From assembly GCA_965223155.1 (NCBI GenBank), contig CBDCVR010000013.1, positions 896,001-960,000 on the forward strand: a stretch of 64,000 bases of DNA. Direction: 5' to 3'. The position numbers and the translations under genes are program-made. The first letter of the stretch is position 1. Each line of letters begins with the position of its first letter. The DNA is from Candidatus Multivoradales bacterium (lineage in GTDB: Bacteria; Acidobacteriota; Thermoanaerobaculia; Multivoradales; JAHEKO01). The notes beneath the pieces were generated by a model, which did no database searches, had not been told where the DNA came from, and saw only the letters and a list, made by a program, of their open reading frames with translations. This document shows positions 1 to 9,319 of the stretch, piece by piece.

Positions 1-146
1 GAGACTCGGGCGGCCCGATCTTCTACCAGGATACGAACATCATCGGGGCGGTGGTCTCGTTCGGCATCACGCCCTGCATCGGCGTCGATTTCCAATTTCG
101 GGTCGACACCGAAACGGCACAGGACTTCATCGCCGACAACCTGTAG
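1..146 (+). CDS. Trypsin-like (S1) serine protease, C-terminal fragment (runs off window start)
   Basis: Manual translation from nt 3: (G)DSGGPIFYQDTNIIGAVVSFGITPCIGVDFQFRVDTETAQDFIADNL*. Contains the GDSGGP catalytic Ser motif; TAG at 144-146. Not in the ORF track. Confidence 0.8.
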   Translation, partial: DSGGPIFYQDTNIIGAVVSFGITPCIGVDFQFRVDTETAQDFIADNL

Positions 147-243
147 GCGCTACGAAACATCGGTTCGAGTGGGGCGCTCCCCGAGCGCCCCACTCGAACG
201 ACATCCGCCCGACACCACAGCCTCGGTCGTTTCCGTCCGTGGG

Positions 244-1542
244 CTACTCGGCTTCCCGGAAGATCAGGCCCCGCGAGAAGGCGGCCACGGCCTCGGCCCC
301 TTGGAGCACTCTAGGAGCGATGTCTTCAACAGGCACCGAACGAACGGTCCGGGAGCGTTCGACCGCCGCCAGCGCCTCGGCACCGTCGTAATCACAGACC
401 GAGAGCCGCAACGTAAGGCTGTCCTCAGATGCCCCGAACGCGGCTCCTGGCAGCGCCAGGACATCGAAATCCTCAAGCAAGGCTCGGGCGAGATCGCGCG
501 AGGTTCGGATGCCGCGCCTGGAGAGCGACCGGCGGACTGGCGCGAAATCGGGCCAAAGATAGAACGCTCCCTGGGGAACAGCGCATCGCACGCAGTCACC
601 GGCGACCCGTCCGGCGGCTTCACGGGCCACGGCTCCATGAATCCGCGTGCACGACTCGATGAAACGCTCGATCTCGGGATCCCCGGAGAGCGCCACAAGA
701 GCCGCCTGCTGAACGGGAGCGGCCACCGCCGACCAGGTTTCGCTGGCAATGGCCCGGACCGCGTCGAAGAGGCCGGTGGCCGCTTTCGGCACGAATCCGA
801 ACCCCATCCGCCAGCCACCGAGCGAGAGATGCTTGGAGAGACCGGTCGTGATCGCGGTGCCCTCGGGCAACGCGTTCGCAATGCTTGGCCCGATGCCGTC
901 GAATTCGACCAAACCGTAGATGCGATCGCTGATCACGAAGATCCCCTCCTCCCGGCAGGCTCGAGCGAGGGCGTCGTGATTGTCCGGGGGCAGCGACAGT
1001 CCGGTCGGATTGTTCGGCGAATTGAGAATCAGCTTCGTGGGATTGAGTCCACTCTGGCGGGCCGCTCGGATCGCCGACCGGAACCGATCCGGATCGACGC
1101 GGTATCCGTCGTTCGACAGCTCCACTTCGACCGGAATGACCCGGTCGCCCAACATCGCAGCCTGCGGCTGGTAACTGACCCACGACGGTACCGGCAAGAC
1201 GAGATCCCCTTCGATGGCGGCCTGGAGAGCGTAGAGAACGAGCTTGCTCCCCGGCGCCACGAGGACCTCGTAGGCTTCGGGGTCGAAGCCCAACTTCGCC
1301 GCGAAGTACCGGCAAGCCGTCTCGCGCAGAGCCTCGGTGCCGGCAACCGGCTCATAGCCGTTGGCGCCGGCCGCCATCGCGAGCGCCTCGGCAAGCTTCG
1401 GGTGTACCGGGAAGGGAGCCTGCCCAAAGCCCATGTGGAGGACGGTATGGCCGTCCCGGCGCCGGTCGGCGGCGACTTGATTCGCACCGAGCGTCGGCGA
1501 GACCGGCAAGCCGGCGATTGCGTGCCGTATTCGAATGGTCAC
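244..1542 (-). CDS. PLP-dependent aminotransferase class I/II (aspartate aminotransferase-like)
   Basis: Motifs NSPNNPTG, SDRIY, GLSKHLSLGGWRMG (PLP lysine), PQGAFYLW, LPGAAFG. Start placed at GTG 1542 (VTIRIRHAI...), uncertain. Confidence 0.9.
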   Translation of the reverse strand: MTIRIRHAIAGLPVSPTLGANQVAADRRRDGHTVLHMGFGQAPFPVHPKLAEALAMAAGANGYEPVAGTEALRETACRYFAAKLGFDPEAYEVLVAPGSKLVLYALQAAIEGDLVLPVPSWVSYQPQAAMLGDRVIPVEVELSNDGYRVDPDRFRSAIRAARQSGLNPTKLILNSPNNPTGLSLPPDNHDALARACREEGIFVISDRIYGLVEFDGIGPSIANALPEGTAITTGLSKHLSLGGWRMGFGFVPKAATGLFDAVRAIASETWSAVAAPVQQAALVALSGDPEIERFIESCTRIHGAVAREAAGRVAGDCVRCAVPQGAFYLWPDFAPVRRSLSRRGIRTSRDLARALLEDFDVLALPGAAFGASEDSLTLRLSVCDYDGAEALAAVERSRTVRSVPVEDIAPRVLQGAEAVAAFSRGLIFREAE

Positions 1543-1613
1543 GGCGAGGGTCCTGGAACGACCGCTATGATACCGCTCCCTGCACCCAGCTTCGTGAACC
1601 AATGGAGATCGCA

Positions 1614-2786
1614 ATGCGGAATAGAGGCCTTCTTGTCTGGACCCTGCTGGCAACCTCCGGAATCCTCTCCGCGGCGCCTCCTGTGGAATCCACCACTCGT
1701 CCCAGAGCTCGAGAAGCGGGAGTCGTCGTTGGCGTATTCCCGACCGGCCCGCTCAATGCCATCACCGATGTCGCCGGAGTCGAGGTCGGTCACGCAACCG
1801 TGATCCGGGGCGACGACGTTCGTACCGGCGTCACCGCCATCATTCCCGCACCCGGCAATCTCTACACCCACCCGGTGCCGGCATGGATTCACGTGGGTAA
1901 CGGCTACGGGAAGCTCATCGGCGAAACCCAGGTTCGCGAATTCGGTGAGATCGAAACGCCGATTCTCCTTACCTGCACGCTCTGTGTCTGGCGCGCCGCC
2001 GACGCCCTCAAAGAGTGGATGTACGAACAGCCCGGCATGGGAGAGCACACCCTCAACCCGGTCGTGGGCGAGACCAACGACTCCATCGTCAACAACATGT
2101 GGGCCAATCCGATCGGCCGGGAGGAAGTCTACGAGGCACTCGAGCAAGCCGGCGGCGGTGCCGTCGCCGAGGGGAGCGTAGGCGCCGGCACCGGAACCCA
2201 GGCCTTCTTTTGGAAGGGCGGTATCGGGACCAGCTCTCGCGTGCTGCCGGAGTCGCTCGGCGGGTACACGATCGGCGTCCTCGTGCAGACCAACTTCGGG
2301 GGCACGCTAAGCGTGAACGGGGCGCCCGTCGGCAAGGAGCTGGATGCCTACGCCTACAGAAGCGAACTCACGTCGGAGGCGAAGAGCGACGACCGCGAAG
2401 ATGGGTCCATCATGATGGTGGTCGCCACCGACGCACCGCTCAGCGCGCGCAGCCTCGACCGGCTGGCTCAGCGGGCCATGCTCGGGCTCGGCCGAACCGG
2501 ATCCTTCGCCCACAACGGATCCGGAGACTACGTCATCGCATTTTCGACGGACCCGCGAGTGCGCCGGCCACGCTCGAGTCCAAGACCCGTGACCGTCCCG
2601 ACAGTCGTCAACGAATCGATGTCGCCGCTCTTCGCCGCGACGGTCGAGGCGACCGAAGAGGCCATCTACAACGCCATCTTCAAAGCCACCACCGTGTCCA
2701 GCTCCCGCGGCTCGCTGGAGGCGATCCCGCTGGCGCGATTGCTCGAGATCTTGAACAGCTACAACGTCCTCGAGAGCGATCAGTAG
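1614..2786 (+). CDS. Secreted P1/DmpA family (peptidase S58) aminopeptidase
   Basis: Signal peptide followed by GPLNAITDVAGVEVGH, PVVGETND, EGSVGAGTG, KGGIGTSSR, VQTNFGG, DG|SI autocleavage motif and GSGDYVIAFST. GGAGA upstream of ATG 1614. Confidence 0.93.
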   Translation: MRNRGLLVWTLLATSGILSAAPPVESTTRPRAREAGVVVGVFPTGPLNAITDVAGVEVGHATVIRGDDVRTGVTAIIPAPGNLYTHPVPAWIHVGNGYGKLIGETQVREFGEIETPILLTCTLCVWRAADALKEWMYEQPGMGEHTLNPVVGETNDSIVNNMWANPIGREEVYEALEQAGGGAVAEGSVGAGTGTQAFFWKGGIGTSSRVLPESLGGYTIGVLVQTNFGGTLSVNGAPVGKELDAYAYRSELTSEAKSDDREDGSIMMVVATDAPLSARSLDRLAQRAMLGLGRTGSFAHNGSGDYVIAFSTDPRVRRPRSSPRPVTVPTVVNESMSPLFAATVEATEEAIYNAIFKATTVSSSRGSLEAIPLARLLEILNSYNVLESDQ

Positions 2787-2893
2787 AAACCGTAGCCGTG
2801 CCCTCCCGGCGAAGTACCACGCACGCCTCCCCTCGTCTCGCACGGCAGTCCGAAGGAGCGTCCCCGGCGACACCTGACTGGTACACTTCCTCC

Positions 2894-3073
2894 ATGAAAG
2901 GCGTCGTTTCTCCGCAGCCCGAGACGTCCGGCTCACGAGGCCAGGTGAAGACCGACACCACCGAGATCGACCTTTCCCTGATTCGCTGGACGCTCTCCAT
3001 GTCGCCTGTCGAGCGCCTTCGCTACGCAGTCCGATCGGGCAAGACGATCGCTAGACTCCGACGTGCCCGCTGA
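2894..3073 (+). CDS. Small (59 aa) protein, putative antitoxin/partner of the downstream nucleotidyltransferase
   Basis: MKGVVSPQ...IDLSLIRWTLSMSPVERLRYAVRSGKTIARLRRAR. Its stop overlaps the start of the next gene; the L(S/T)xxERL motif is typical of small proteins upstream of such NTases. Confidence 0.6.
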   Translation: MKGVVSPQPETSGSRGQVKTDTTEIDLSLIRWTLSMSPVERLRYAVRSGKTIARLRRAR

Positions 3074-3560
3074 ACAAGCCGACCTCGAAGGCCTGCTCCT
3101 CGCTCTGACCAACGCCAGGGTCGAATTCATCGTCATCGGCGGCACCGCGGCGGTCCTGCACGGCTGTCCTACGACAACGCTTGACCTCGACATCGTCCCT
3201 CGGCTGGATCCGGAAAACTTGGACTCCTTGCAAGCAGTCCTCTCACAACTTCGAGCCACAGTCCGCGACCCAGGCCAACGGCAGCTTTTTCCCGACCGCG
3301 CTCATCTGGAAGCAGGCGGGCAACTGCATCTGAGCACCAGTCTAGGCCCCTTGGACATCATTGGCAGACTCAACGATGGATCTCGGTACGAAGACCTCGA
3401 ACCTCACACTCTGGTCGTTGAAGACGGAGGTCTCTACGTACGGATCGTCGACCTCGAGACACTCATCGAGCTCAAGAAGAGCACCGGCCGTACCCGCGAC
3501 AAGCTCCTCGTACCCATCCTGCTCGCTCTGCTCGATACCCGGGAGGCCGGCGAAAAGTAG
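3063..3560 (+). CDS. Minimal nucleotidyltransferase-fold protein (DUF6036/AbiEii-like superfamily)
   Basis: FIVIGGTAAVLHG..TTLDLDIV (hG[G/S]...DxD), a later LDI motif and the C-terminal LIELKKSTGRTRD (K..GR.KD) motif. Confidence 0.85.
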   Translation: MPAEQADLEGLLLALTNARVEFIVIGGTAAVLHGCPTTTLDLDIVPRLDPENLDSLQAVLSQLRATVRDPGQRQLFPDRAHLEAGGQLHLSTSLGPLDIIGRLNDGSRYEDLEPHTLVVEDGGLYVRIVDLETLIELKKSTGRTRDKLLVPILLALLDTREAGEK

Positions 3561-3618
3561 AAGAACGCATTGACTTCGGAACCGACGCATCCATTACCTC
3601 AGACCGAGAGCCACGATC

Positions 3619-5067
3619 ATGACCGAATATGACTTCCGCCAGTTCTACATCAACGGCGCCTGGGTCGAGCCGGCCGAGCCCAACGACTTCGCCGTCATCA
3701 ACCCCGCGACCGAAGAGCCTGTCGGCACCATCTCTCTAGGCGGCGAGCAAGACGTCGATCGAGCCGTGGCCGCGGCGCGGCAGGCGTTTCCCGAGTTCAG
3801 CTCCACGACCCGTACCCAGCGGATCGAGCTCATGGAGGCCATCCTCGCCGTCTACGCCACCCGCCACGACGAGATCGCGCGGGCGATCACCGAGGAGATG
3901 GGCGCGCCCTTCGCGATGTCCAAACGATCCCAAGCGGCGATGACCGTCAAGCACTTCACGACGACCCTCGATGCCCTGCGGACGTTCGAGTTCGAAGAGC
4001 ACCACGGCACGACCTCCGTCGTCCGCGAGCCCATCGGCGTCTGCGGCCTCATCACGCCCTGGAATTGGCCGATGAACCAGATCGCCTGCAAGGTGGCGCC
4101 GGCGCTAGCAGCCGGTTGCACCATCGTCCTCAAGCCTTCGGAGCTGTCGGCTCTGTCGGCCTGCCTCTTCGCCGAGGTCCTGGACGCGGCCGGCGTGCCG
4201 GCGGGCGTCTTCAACCTTGTCAACGGCGACGGCCCCACCGTGGGCGCCGCCATCGCCGCCCACGCGGAGGTGGATCTGGTCTCCTTCACCGGCTCGACGC
4301 GGGCCGGGATCCAGGTCGCTCTCAACGCGGCGCCGACGGTCAAGCGGGTGGCCCAGGAACTGGGCGGCAAGTCCGCCAACATCCTGCTCGACGACGCCGA
4401 CTTCGAGAAGGCCGTGGCCTCGGGCGTCAACCACTGCATGGGCAACTCCGGTCAATCCTGCAACGCCCCGACCCGGATGCTGGTCCCGGTCGAACGGCAG
4501 GCCGAGGCCGCAGAGATCGCCGCCCGCGCCGCCCGAAAGATCAAGGTGGGCGACCCTCATGCCGAAGACACCGTCATTGGCCCGGTGGCCAGCCGCGGTC
4601 AGTGGGAGCGCATTCAGGCACTTCTCGAAGCGGGTATCGCCGAAGGCGCCGAGCTCGTCACCGGCGGTCCTGGCCGCCCCGACGGGCTCGACAAGGGCTT
4701 CTACGTGCGGCCCACGGTCTTTGCCGGCGTCACCAACGACATGGTGATCGCGCGCGAAGAGATCTTCGGCCCGGTGCTCTCGATCCTGCCCTACGACGGC
4801 GAAGAGCAAGCCATTCGCATCGCCAACGACAGTCCCTACGGTCTTTCCGGATACGTTCACTCGGCCGACCACGAGCGGGCCCGCCGCGTTGCCCGGCGCA
4901 TCCGGACCGGCATGGTCCACGTCAACGGCGCACCCAACGACTACACCGCCCCGTTCGGCGGCTACAAACAGTCGGGTAACGGCAGAGAGTGGGGCGCCCA
5001 CGGCCTCGAAGAATTCCTCGAGACCAAAGCCATCATCGGCGACCGGCCGAAAGCGGCGAGCGGCTAG
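3619..5067 (+). CDS. Aldehyde dehydrogenase family protein
   Basis: ITPWNWP, KPSE, SFTGST, ELGGKS, GQSCNAP (catalytic Cys), EEIFGPV, PFGGYKQSG. Confidence 0.97.
   Translation: MTEYDFRQFYINGAWVEPAEPNDFAVINPATEEPVGTISLGGEQDVDRAVAAARQAFPEFSSTTRTQRIELMEAILAVYATRHDEIARAITEEMGAPFAMSKRSQAAMTVKHFTTTLDALRTFEFEEHHGTTSVVREPIGVCGLITPWNWPMNQIACKVAPALAAGCTIVLKPSELSALSACLFAEVLDAAGVPAGVFNLVNGDGPTVGAAIAAHAEVDLVSFTGSTRAGIQVALNAAPTVKRVAQELGGKSANILLDDADFEKAVASGVNHCMGNSGQSCNAPTRMLVPVERQAEAAEIAARAARKIKVGDPHAEDTVIGPVASRGQWERIQALLEAGIAEGAELVTGGPGRPDGLDKGFYVRPTVFAGVTNDMVIAREEIFGPVLSILPYDGEEQAIRIANDSPYGLSGYVHSADHERARRVARRIRTGMVHVNGAPNDYTAPFGGYKQSGNGREWGAHGLEEFLETKAIIGDRPKAASG
5031..5066 (+). repeat. 36-bp direct repeat, copy 1 (3' end of the ALDH gene)
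   Basis: CATCATCGGCGACCGGCCGAAAGCGGCGAGCGGCTA; 35/36 identical to 6227-6262. Confidence 0.92.
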
Positions 5068-5162
5068 AGCACGGCATAGCTAGTCGAGACGAGAACGTCG
5101 TCGGGACAATCTGCTGTGAAGATCGAGAAATTCTCCACCCACTACCGGGTGATCCCCTCGTC

Positions 5163-6212
5163 ATGAGCGTTCAGTATCTGTCTCAGCCCAAGCCGGACCG
5201 CACCTTCACTCTGGAGGAGCTCCGCCACCTCACCGGAGCCCTCGACGGGACCGTTCCGGGAGGTTTCAACGATACCTTCCCTAGCCACGCCATGACCACG
5301 ATCTCCGGCGACGGGCACGACACGCTGCCCTCCCTGGCACTGCCATCCAGCCTGGAAATCGACTCCATCTCAATCGCCAGCGGAAGGATACGCGACTTGG
5401 CTCCGGGGGACCTGGCCCGCCGTCTCTTGGAAACCGTACCCGGGCATTGGGACCCGCGGTTCTTCCCCTTGATTGCGGCAGACTGCACTTTGGATTCAGC
5501 GCGGCTCGACCCTGACCATCCCCAGGCGCTGATGGTGCGCCCAGGAGCTGCAACCCCTAACACAACGCTTCACTTCCTCTACGCTTCTTCCCCCGCCACG
5601 ACCGAGCGCGGCCGATGGTACGACGTTGTGTCCCAAAGAATGGACTTGCCCTGGCGCGTCGTGTGGGGCGAGGGCGGCAGTTTCACTATCAAAGCCACGA
5701 GCGAGCTCGAAATCCGAGTTCACCCTGACGTCGAGCCCACAATGGTGACATGGCCCATTCCCGATCTCGAGCTTCGGGAAATACCGCTATTTTTCCACCG
5801 GTTTCTCGAAGCCATTCCATCCGCGCAGGTCTTCGAAACTCAGTGGGCCGTATACCGCCTGGGCAACTTTCCGGGCGTACTTAGTATCTACTACGATCTG
5901 CTCGCGCTGCAATGGCCGATCGGGTCGGAGGGATCCCGCCTCTACCTGAGCGGTAACCTCGGACGATTCGAGGATCTCGACGAGTTTCGCGCCCTGCCCT
6001 CCGGCATTGCAGCCGAGACCTGGATCGGCAGCTGCACCAGTTTCCTCGACCCCGAGAGCTTCGAGGTCGAACCGGGCCACTTCGGCTACTGCCGCCTTCT
6101 CGTTCTGACCGACGGCGATGGGCACCGCCTGCGGGTCGAGGGCCAGCATGAAGAGGGTGCCGAGCACTTGTACGCTGCCTTGGGGCTCGACTGGGAAGGA
6201 CGATACAGCTAG
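5163..6212 (+). CDS. Hypothetical protein (349 aa), orphan cargo between the direct repeats
   Basis: Long open frame with globular, W/F-rich composition from ATG 5163; no motif recognised. Confidence 0.75.
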   Translation: MSVQYLSQPKPDRTFTLEELRHLTGALDGTVPGGFNDTFPSHAMTTISGDGHDTLPSLALPSSLEIDSISIASGRIRDLAPGDLARRLLETVPGHWDPRFFPLIAADCTLDSARLDPDHPQALMVRPGAATPNTTLHFLYASSPATTERGRWYDVVSQRMDLPWRVVWGEGGSFTIKATSELEIRVHPDVEPTMVTWPIPDLELREIPLFFHRFLEAIPSAQVFETQWAVYRLGNFPGVLSIYYDLLALQWPIGSEGSRLYLSGNLGRFEDLDEFRALPSGIAAETWIGSCTSFLDPESFEVEPGHFGYCRLLVLTDGDGHRLRVEGQHEEGAEHLYAALGLDWEGRYS

Positions 6213-6226
6213 ATGGTCCCAAACCG

Positions 6227-6262
6227 CATCATCGGCGACCGGCCGAAGGCGGCGAGCGGCTA
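6227..6262 (+). repeat. 36-bp direct repeat, copy 2 (displaced ALDH 3' end, ending in TAA)
   Basis: CATCATCGGCGACCGGCCGAAGGCGGCGAGCGGCTA(A); the one mismatch is synonymous (AAA/AAG) and the stop is TAA versus TAG. Confidence 0.92.
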
Positions 6263-6389
6263 AGCGGGCAACGAATCAGGAAACCTACCCGTCATCAGGC
6301 CTTGAGCCTTCGAATCCAAGAGCTCTCACGGCACGGCCTCCCCGAACGACATGGCAACCGACAGCCAAGGCTGGTAGCTTCCGGAAGTC

Positions 6390-7514
6390 ATGACGAACGC
6401 CTTCACGTTTTCCGACACGCCCTATCCGATACGCGACGATCTCGTCGCCGCGTATCGCAACTTCTGGCGCCAGTTGGCGGATCCCGGCACCTGGTGGACC
6501 GGCGAGGAACGGGTGGCGATCGCCGAGGCAGTGCGCTCGGCCAGCCACTGTGCGTTCTGCGCCGAACGAAAGACTGCCTTGTCTCCGTATGGACTCGCTG
6601 GCGAGCACGACGCCGCCCCCGACTCGCCTTTGGACGCGACTACTATCGATGCCGTGCACCGAGTCGTCACCGACCAGACGCGCATTACGAAGTCCTGGAT
6701 CCAAGACAACGCGGCGAATGGCCTGTCGGAGGGAAAGTACGTCGAGCTGGTTGGCGTAGCTGTCTGCGTTCTCGGCATCGATGAGTTTTGCCGTTCGCTC
6801 GGATTGCCGCTCGAGCCCTTGCCAGCGGCGATCGACGGCCAACCAACCGAATACGTGCCGGACGGTCTGGAAAGCGAGACAGCCATGGTGTCGGTGATCG
6901 GCGCCGACAAGCTCGGACCGGCGGAAAGTGACCTGTGGCCGCCAAACGGAACGGCCAATGTCATTCGCGCGCTCAGCCAGGTGCCCGACGCGGTCAGGCA
7001 GTGGGTTGCCCTGAGTGAGGCCCAGTATCTGGCGGCCGGCGATGTGGGCAACCCCGCCGCCGACACGAATCGCGCGCTCAACCGCATGCAGATGGAACTC
7101 GTCGCGGGGCGCGTGTCTTCGTCGAATGAGTGCTTCTACTGAACCGCCTCGCACGCAACGCTGCTCCGTGCGAGCGCGCAGATCCATGACACCGTTGCGG
7201 ACCTGCAGCAGGTTCACGGCGGAGCCAGTGAGACCAGCGAGATCGAACTCTCGAACGAGTTGACCTCGTTCGCGACGGCGGTTGTCGGCCAAGACGAAGC
7301 GGCCTTGGCCGAAAGCCGCGAGCGACTACTCGCCGCTTCGAACGCCCAAGTGCTGGTCGATGCCGCAGCCGTTGCCGCGAATTTTCAACGTCTGGTGCGG
7401 ATCGCCGACACGATCGGCATCCCGCTTGACGAGGACTTCGCGCGGATGGCCGAACCTGCGGTCGCCGGCCTCGAGCTGCGCCGCTTCAGGACCGCGGAAC
7501 ATACGCCTGGATAA
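6390..7514 (+). CDS. AhpD/CMD-like alkylhydroperoxidase-related selenoprotein (374 aa; Sec at TGA 7140-7142)
   Basis: ORFs 6390-7142 and 7260-7514 are in the same frame with only TGA 7140 between them. Read-through gives ELVAGRVSSSNECFYUTASHATLL, the AhpD E...CxxC-x3-H motif with U as the second residue. A second CxxC (HCAFC) lies near the N-terminus. Hairpin directly after the TGA; ends at TAA 7512-7514. Confidence 0.88.
7148..7174 (+). promoter_or_regulatory. Putative bacterial SECIS hairpin
   Basis: CTCGCACG-caacgctgctc-CGTGCGAG: perfect 8-bp stem starting 5 nt after the in-frame UGA; identical in the second gene copy. Confidence 0.75.
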
Positions 7515-7661
7515 GGGGCCTCGGACTCTGGTCTCGGCGGCAGCTTGAAGGCGGCGAGTCCCTAGTGAGACGGCGGTCGCCGCAACGACCTCCTCCCCAC
7601 GGTTCGATTCAGCGATCCGCCAAGTACCGATTCGCCACCCTCGCGTGCGCTCGCGACGGAC

Positions 7662-8576
7662 TCAAGGAGCGTCTGGAAGAGAAGCAAGAAACTCCTCGAG
7701 AGCCTGATTGAACCGCTCCGGCTCATCCACGAAGGCCGCGTGGCCGGAATCCTCGACCACCGCCCCGCGACCTTGCGGCCAGCGCTCGCTGACTCCTTCG
7801 GCAATTGCCCTTGCCCACTCTTGCGACGAAGCCAGATACAAGAACGGTAGTTCCATCTCATCCAAGACCGGGCGCCAGTCGCGTTCCTCGATCAGCATCA
7901 GGTTGGCGAGAAGGGTCACCGCGGTGTTGGTGGGTATCTGCATCACCGCCTCGACCAAGTCCTCGAGGTACTCCTCCGAGGGCTCGCTCGCGTGGAGGGC
8001 GCGAACCCACTTCTCCGTCCACTTGAGCCGATCCGACTGCATACTCTTCATCCAACCGCTCCAGAAGGGCGTAGCTGGATGCGGCTCCTCGAGGGGGGCG
8101 TCAAATCCAAGACTCATGTCCACCAGGACCAGGGCACGGAACGAATCGACTCCGAACTCGCGCACATGGGTCAGCGTTTCCAAGACCCCTAGCGACCACG
8201 CGACGACCACCGCCTGCTCCTCCCCCAAGTGCTCGATCAGTTCGCCGATATCTTGGCCTCTGCGGACCAGATGGTGTCCGTCGGTTACCTTTTCGGACCG
8301 CCCCTGGGATCGCGGATCCAGAGCCACGGCGCGATGGGTTTGCGCGAAATGACGCAACTGCGCCATCCACACCTCCGCCGGCATCAAGTAGCCGGGGACG
8401 AACACGATCGTCGGTCCCGAACCCGCCTCCAGGTAGTGCAGTCTGGCGGCATCGCTGGTCAAGAAGTAGCGAGAGTGAATCTCCTCTTGCGCCTGCGCCT
8501 TGGCCTGCGCCGGCGGTGCGACAGCCACGCTCACAGCGATCAGCAATGTGCCGAGCCCGGCTCCATGCAGTTTCAT
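7662..8576 (-). CDS. Secreted alpha/beta hydrolase (non-heme chloroperoxidase-like)
   Basis: Signal peptide; FVPGY, DPRSQGRS, AWSLG nucleophile elbow, SGHAAF catalytic His. Confidence 0.9.
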   Translation of the reverse strand: MKLHGAGLGTLLIAVSVAVAPPAQAKAQAQEEIHSRYFLTSDAARLHYLEAGSGPTIVFVPGYLMPAEVWMAQLRHFAQTHRAVALDPRSQGRSEKVTDGHHLVRRGQDIGELIEHLGEEQAVVVAWSLGVLETLTHVREFGVDSFRALVLVDMSLGFDAPLEEPHPATPFWSGWMKSMQSDRLKWTEKWVRALHASEPSEEYLEDLVEAVMQIPTNTAVTLLANLMLIEERDWRPVLDEMELPFLYLASSQEWARAIAEGVSERWPQGRGAVVEDSGHAAFVDEPERFNQALEEFLASLPDAP

Positions 8577-8652
8577 CGCGCTGGTCCTCCTTGGGGGCAG
8601 TGTAGCGCGAGGGTGGAGATTGATCCCGGCGCCTCGGTCCTAGCTTCGCCTC

Positions 8653-9282
8653 CTAGACGACCTCGGGCCAGAAGTACTTGACTCCAGATACCGGCAAGAT
8701 CGGTTCGCGAGCGAGCGTCATGAGGTCGGTCTTCCAGACACCCGAGAAGCCCTGCCACGCGGCGATGGCGGAGAGCGCCGCGTCCCACTCGTGCTCGTTG
8801 GCGGCAGTCACCGAGACTTCGAACTCGGCCTCCAACCAATCTGTCATCGCGCGCCGGCTCCCCCAGTCGTATTTCGTGCCCGCGAGGGCGAAATACACGA
8901 CCTTGGGATGAGTCTCCGTCACCTCCAAGTCCGGCCAGTGACGGCGCAAGGCCAGGACCACGGCCGGCCCCTGAATCGCCATGGATCCGAACAGGCTGTT
9001 GGGACTCGATACGGAGTTTCTGACCTCAGGGTACCGCTCGCGCAGCGCCAGATCCGCTCCCCGCCAGCCCGACGGGCCGAGCTCCCAACTCAGAATCGTA
9101 TCGACCCCGATGGCTCGCGGCGGACTCGCGCAGCGCTCACGAAACCAGCCGATCGCCGCCCGGCCGTCACTCGCCGTGCCGACTTCCAACCTGCGCGTCG
9201 AGGAACCAACCGTCAGCGCCGCAACGCCATGCTTGCCATTGCCGCCCGGGTCGTAGCCGAGAAAGACTAGAGCCAGCAGCAT
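8653..9282 (-). CDS. DUF429-family predicted nuclease (RNase H-like fold)
   Basis: FLGYDPGG, IGVDTIL, R.AD..LR, ETHPK, HEWDAALSA motif set. Start set at ATG 9282. Confidence 0.8.
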   Translation of the reverse strand: MLLALVFLGYDPGGNGKHGVAALTVGSSTRRLEVGTASDGRAAIGWFRERCASPPRAIGVDTILSWELGPSGWRGADLALRERYPEVRNSVSSPNSLFGSMAIQGPAVVLALRRHWPDLEVTETHPKVVYFALAGTKYDWGSRRAMTDWLEAEFEVSVTAANEHEWDAALSAIAAWQGFSGVWKTDLMTLAREPILPVSGVKYFWPEVV

Positions 9283-9319
9283 CTGCGCGAAACGCGGCTG
9301 GCCCGTCCCGTCACAGAAC

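Noticed and set aside
7260-7514. Separate 84-aa ORF after the AhpD-like gene
   Set aside because: In frame with the upstream ORF and with no convincing RBS before its TTG; better explained as the C-terminus of the Sec read-through product.
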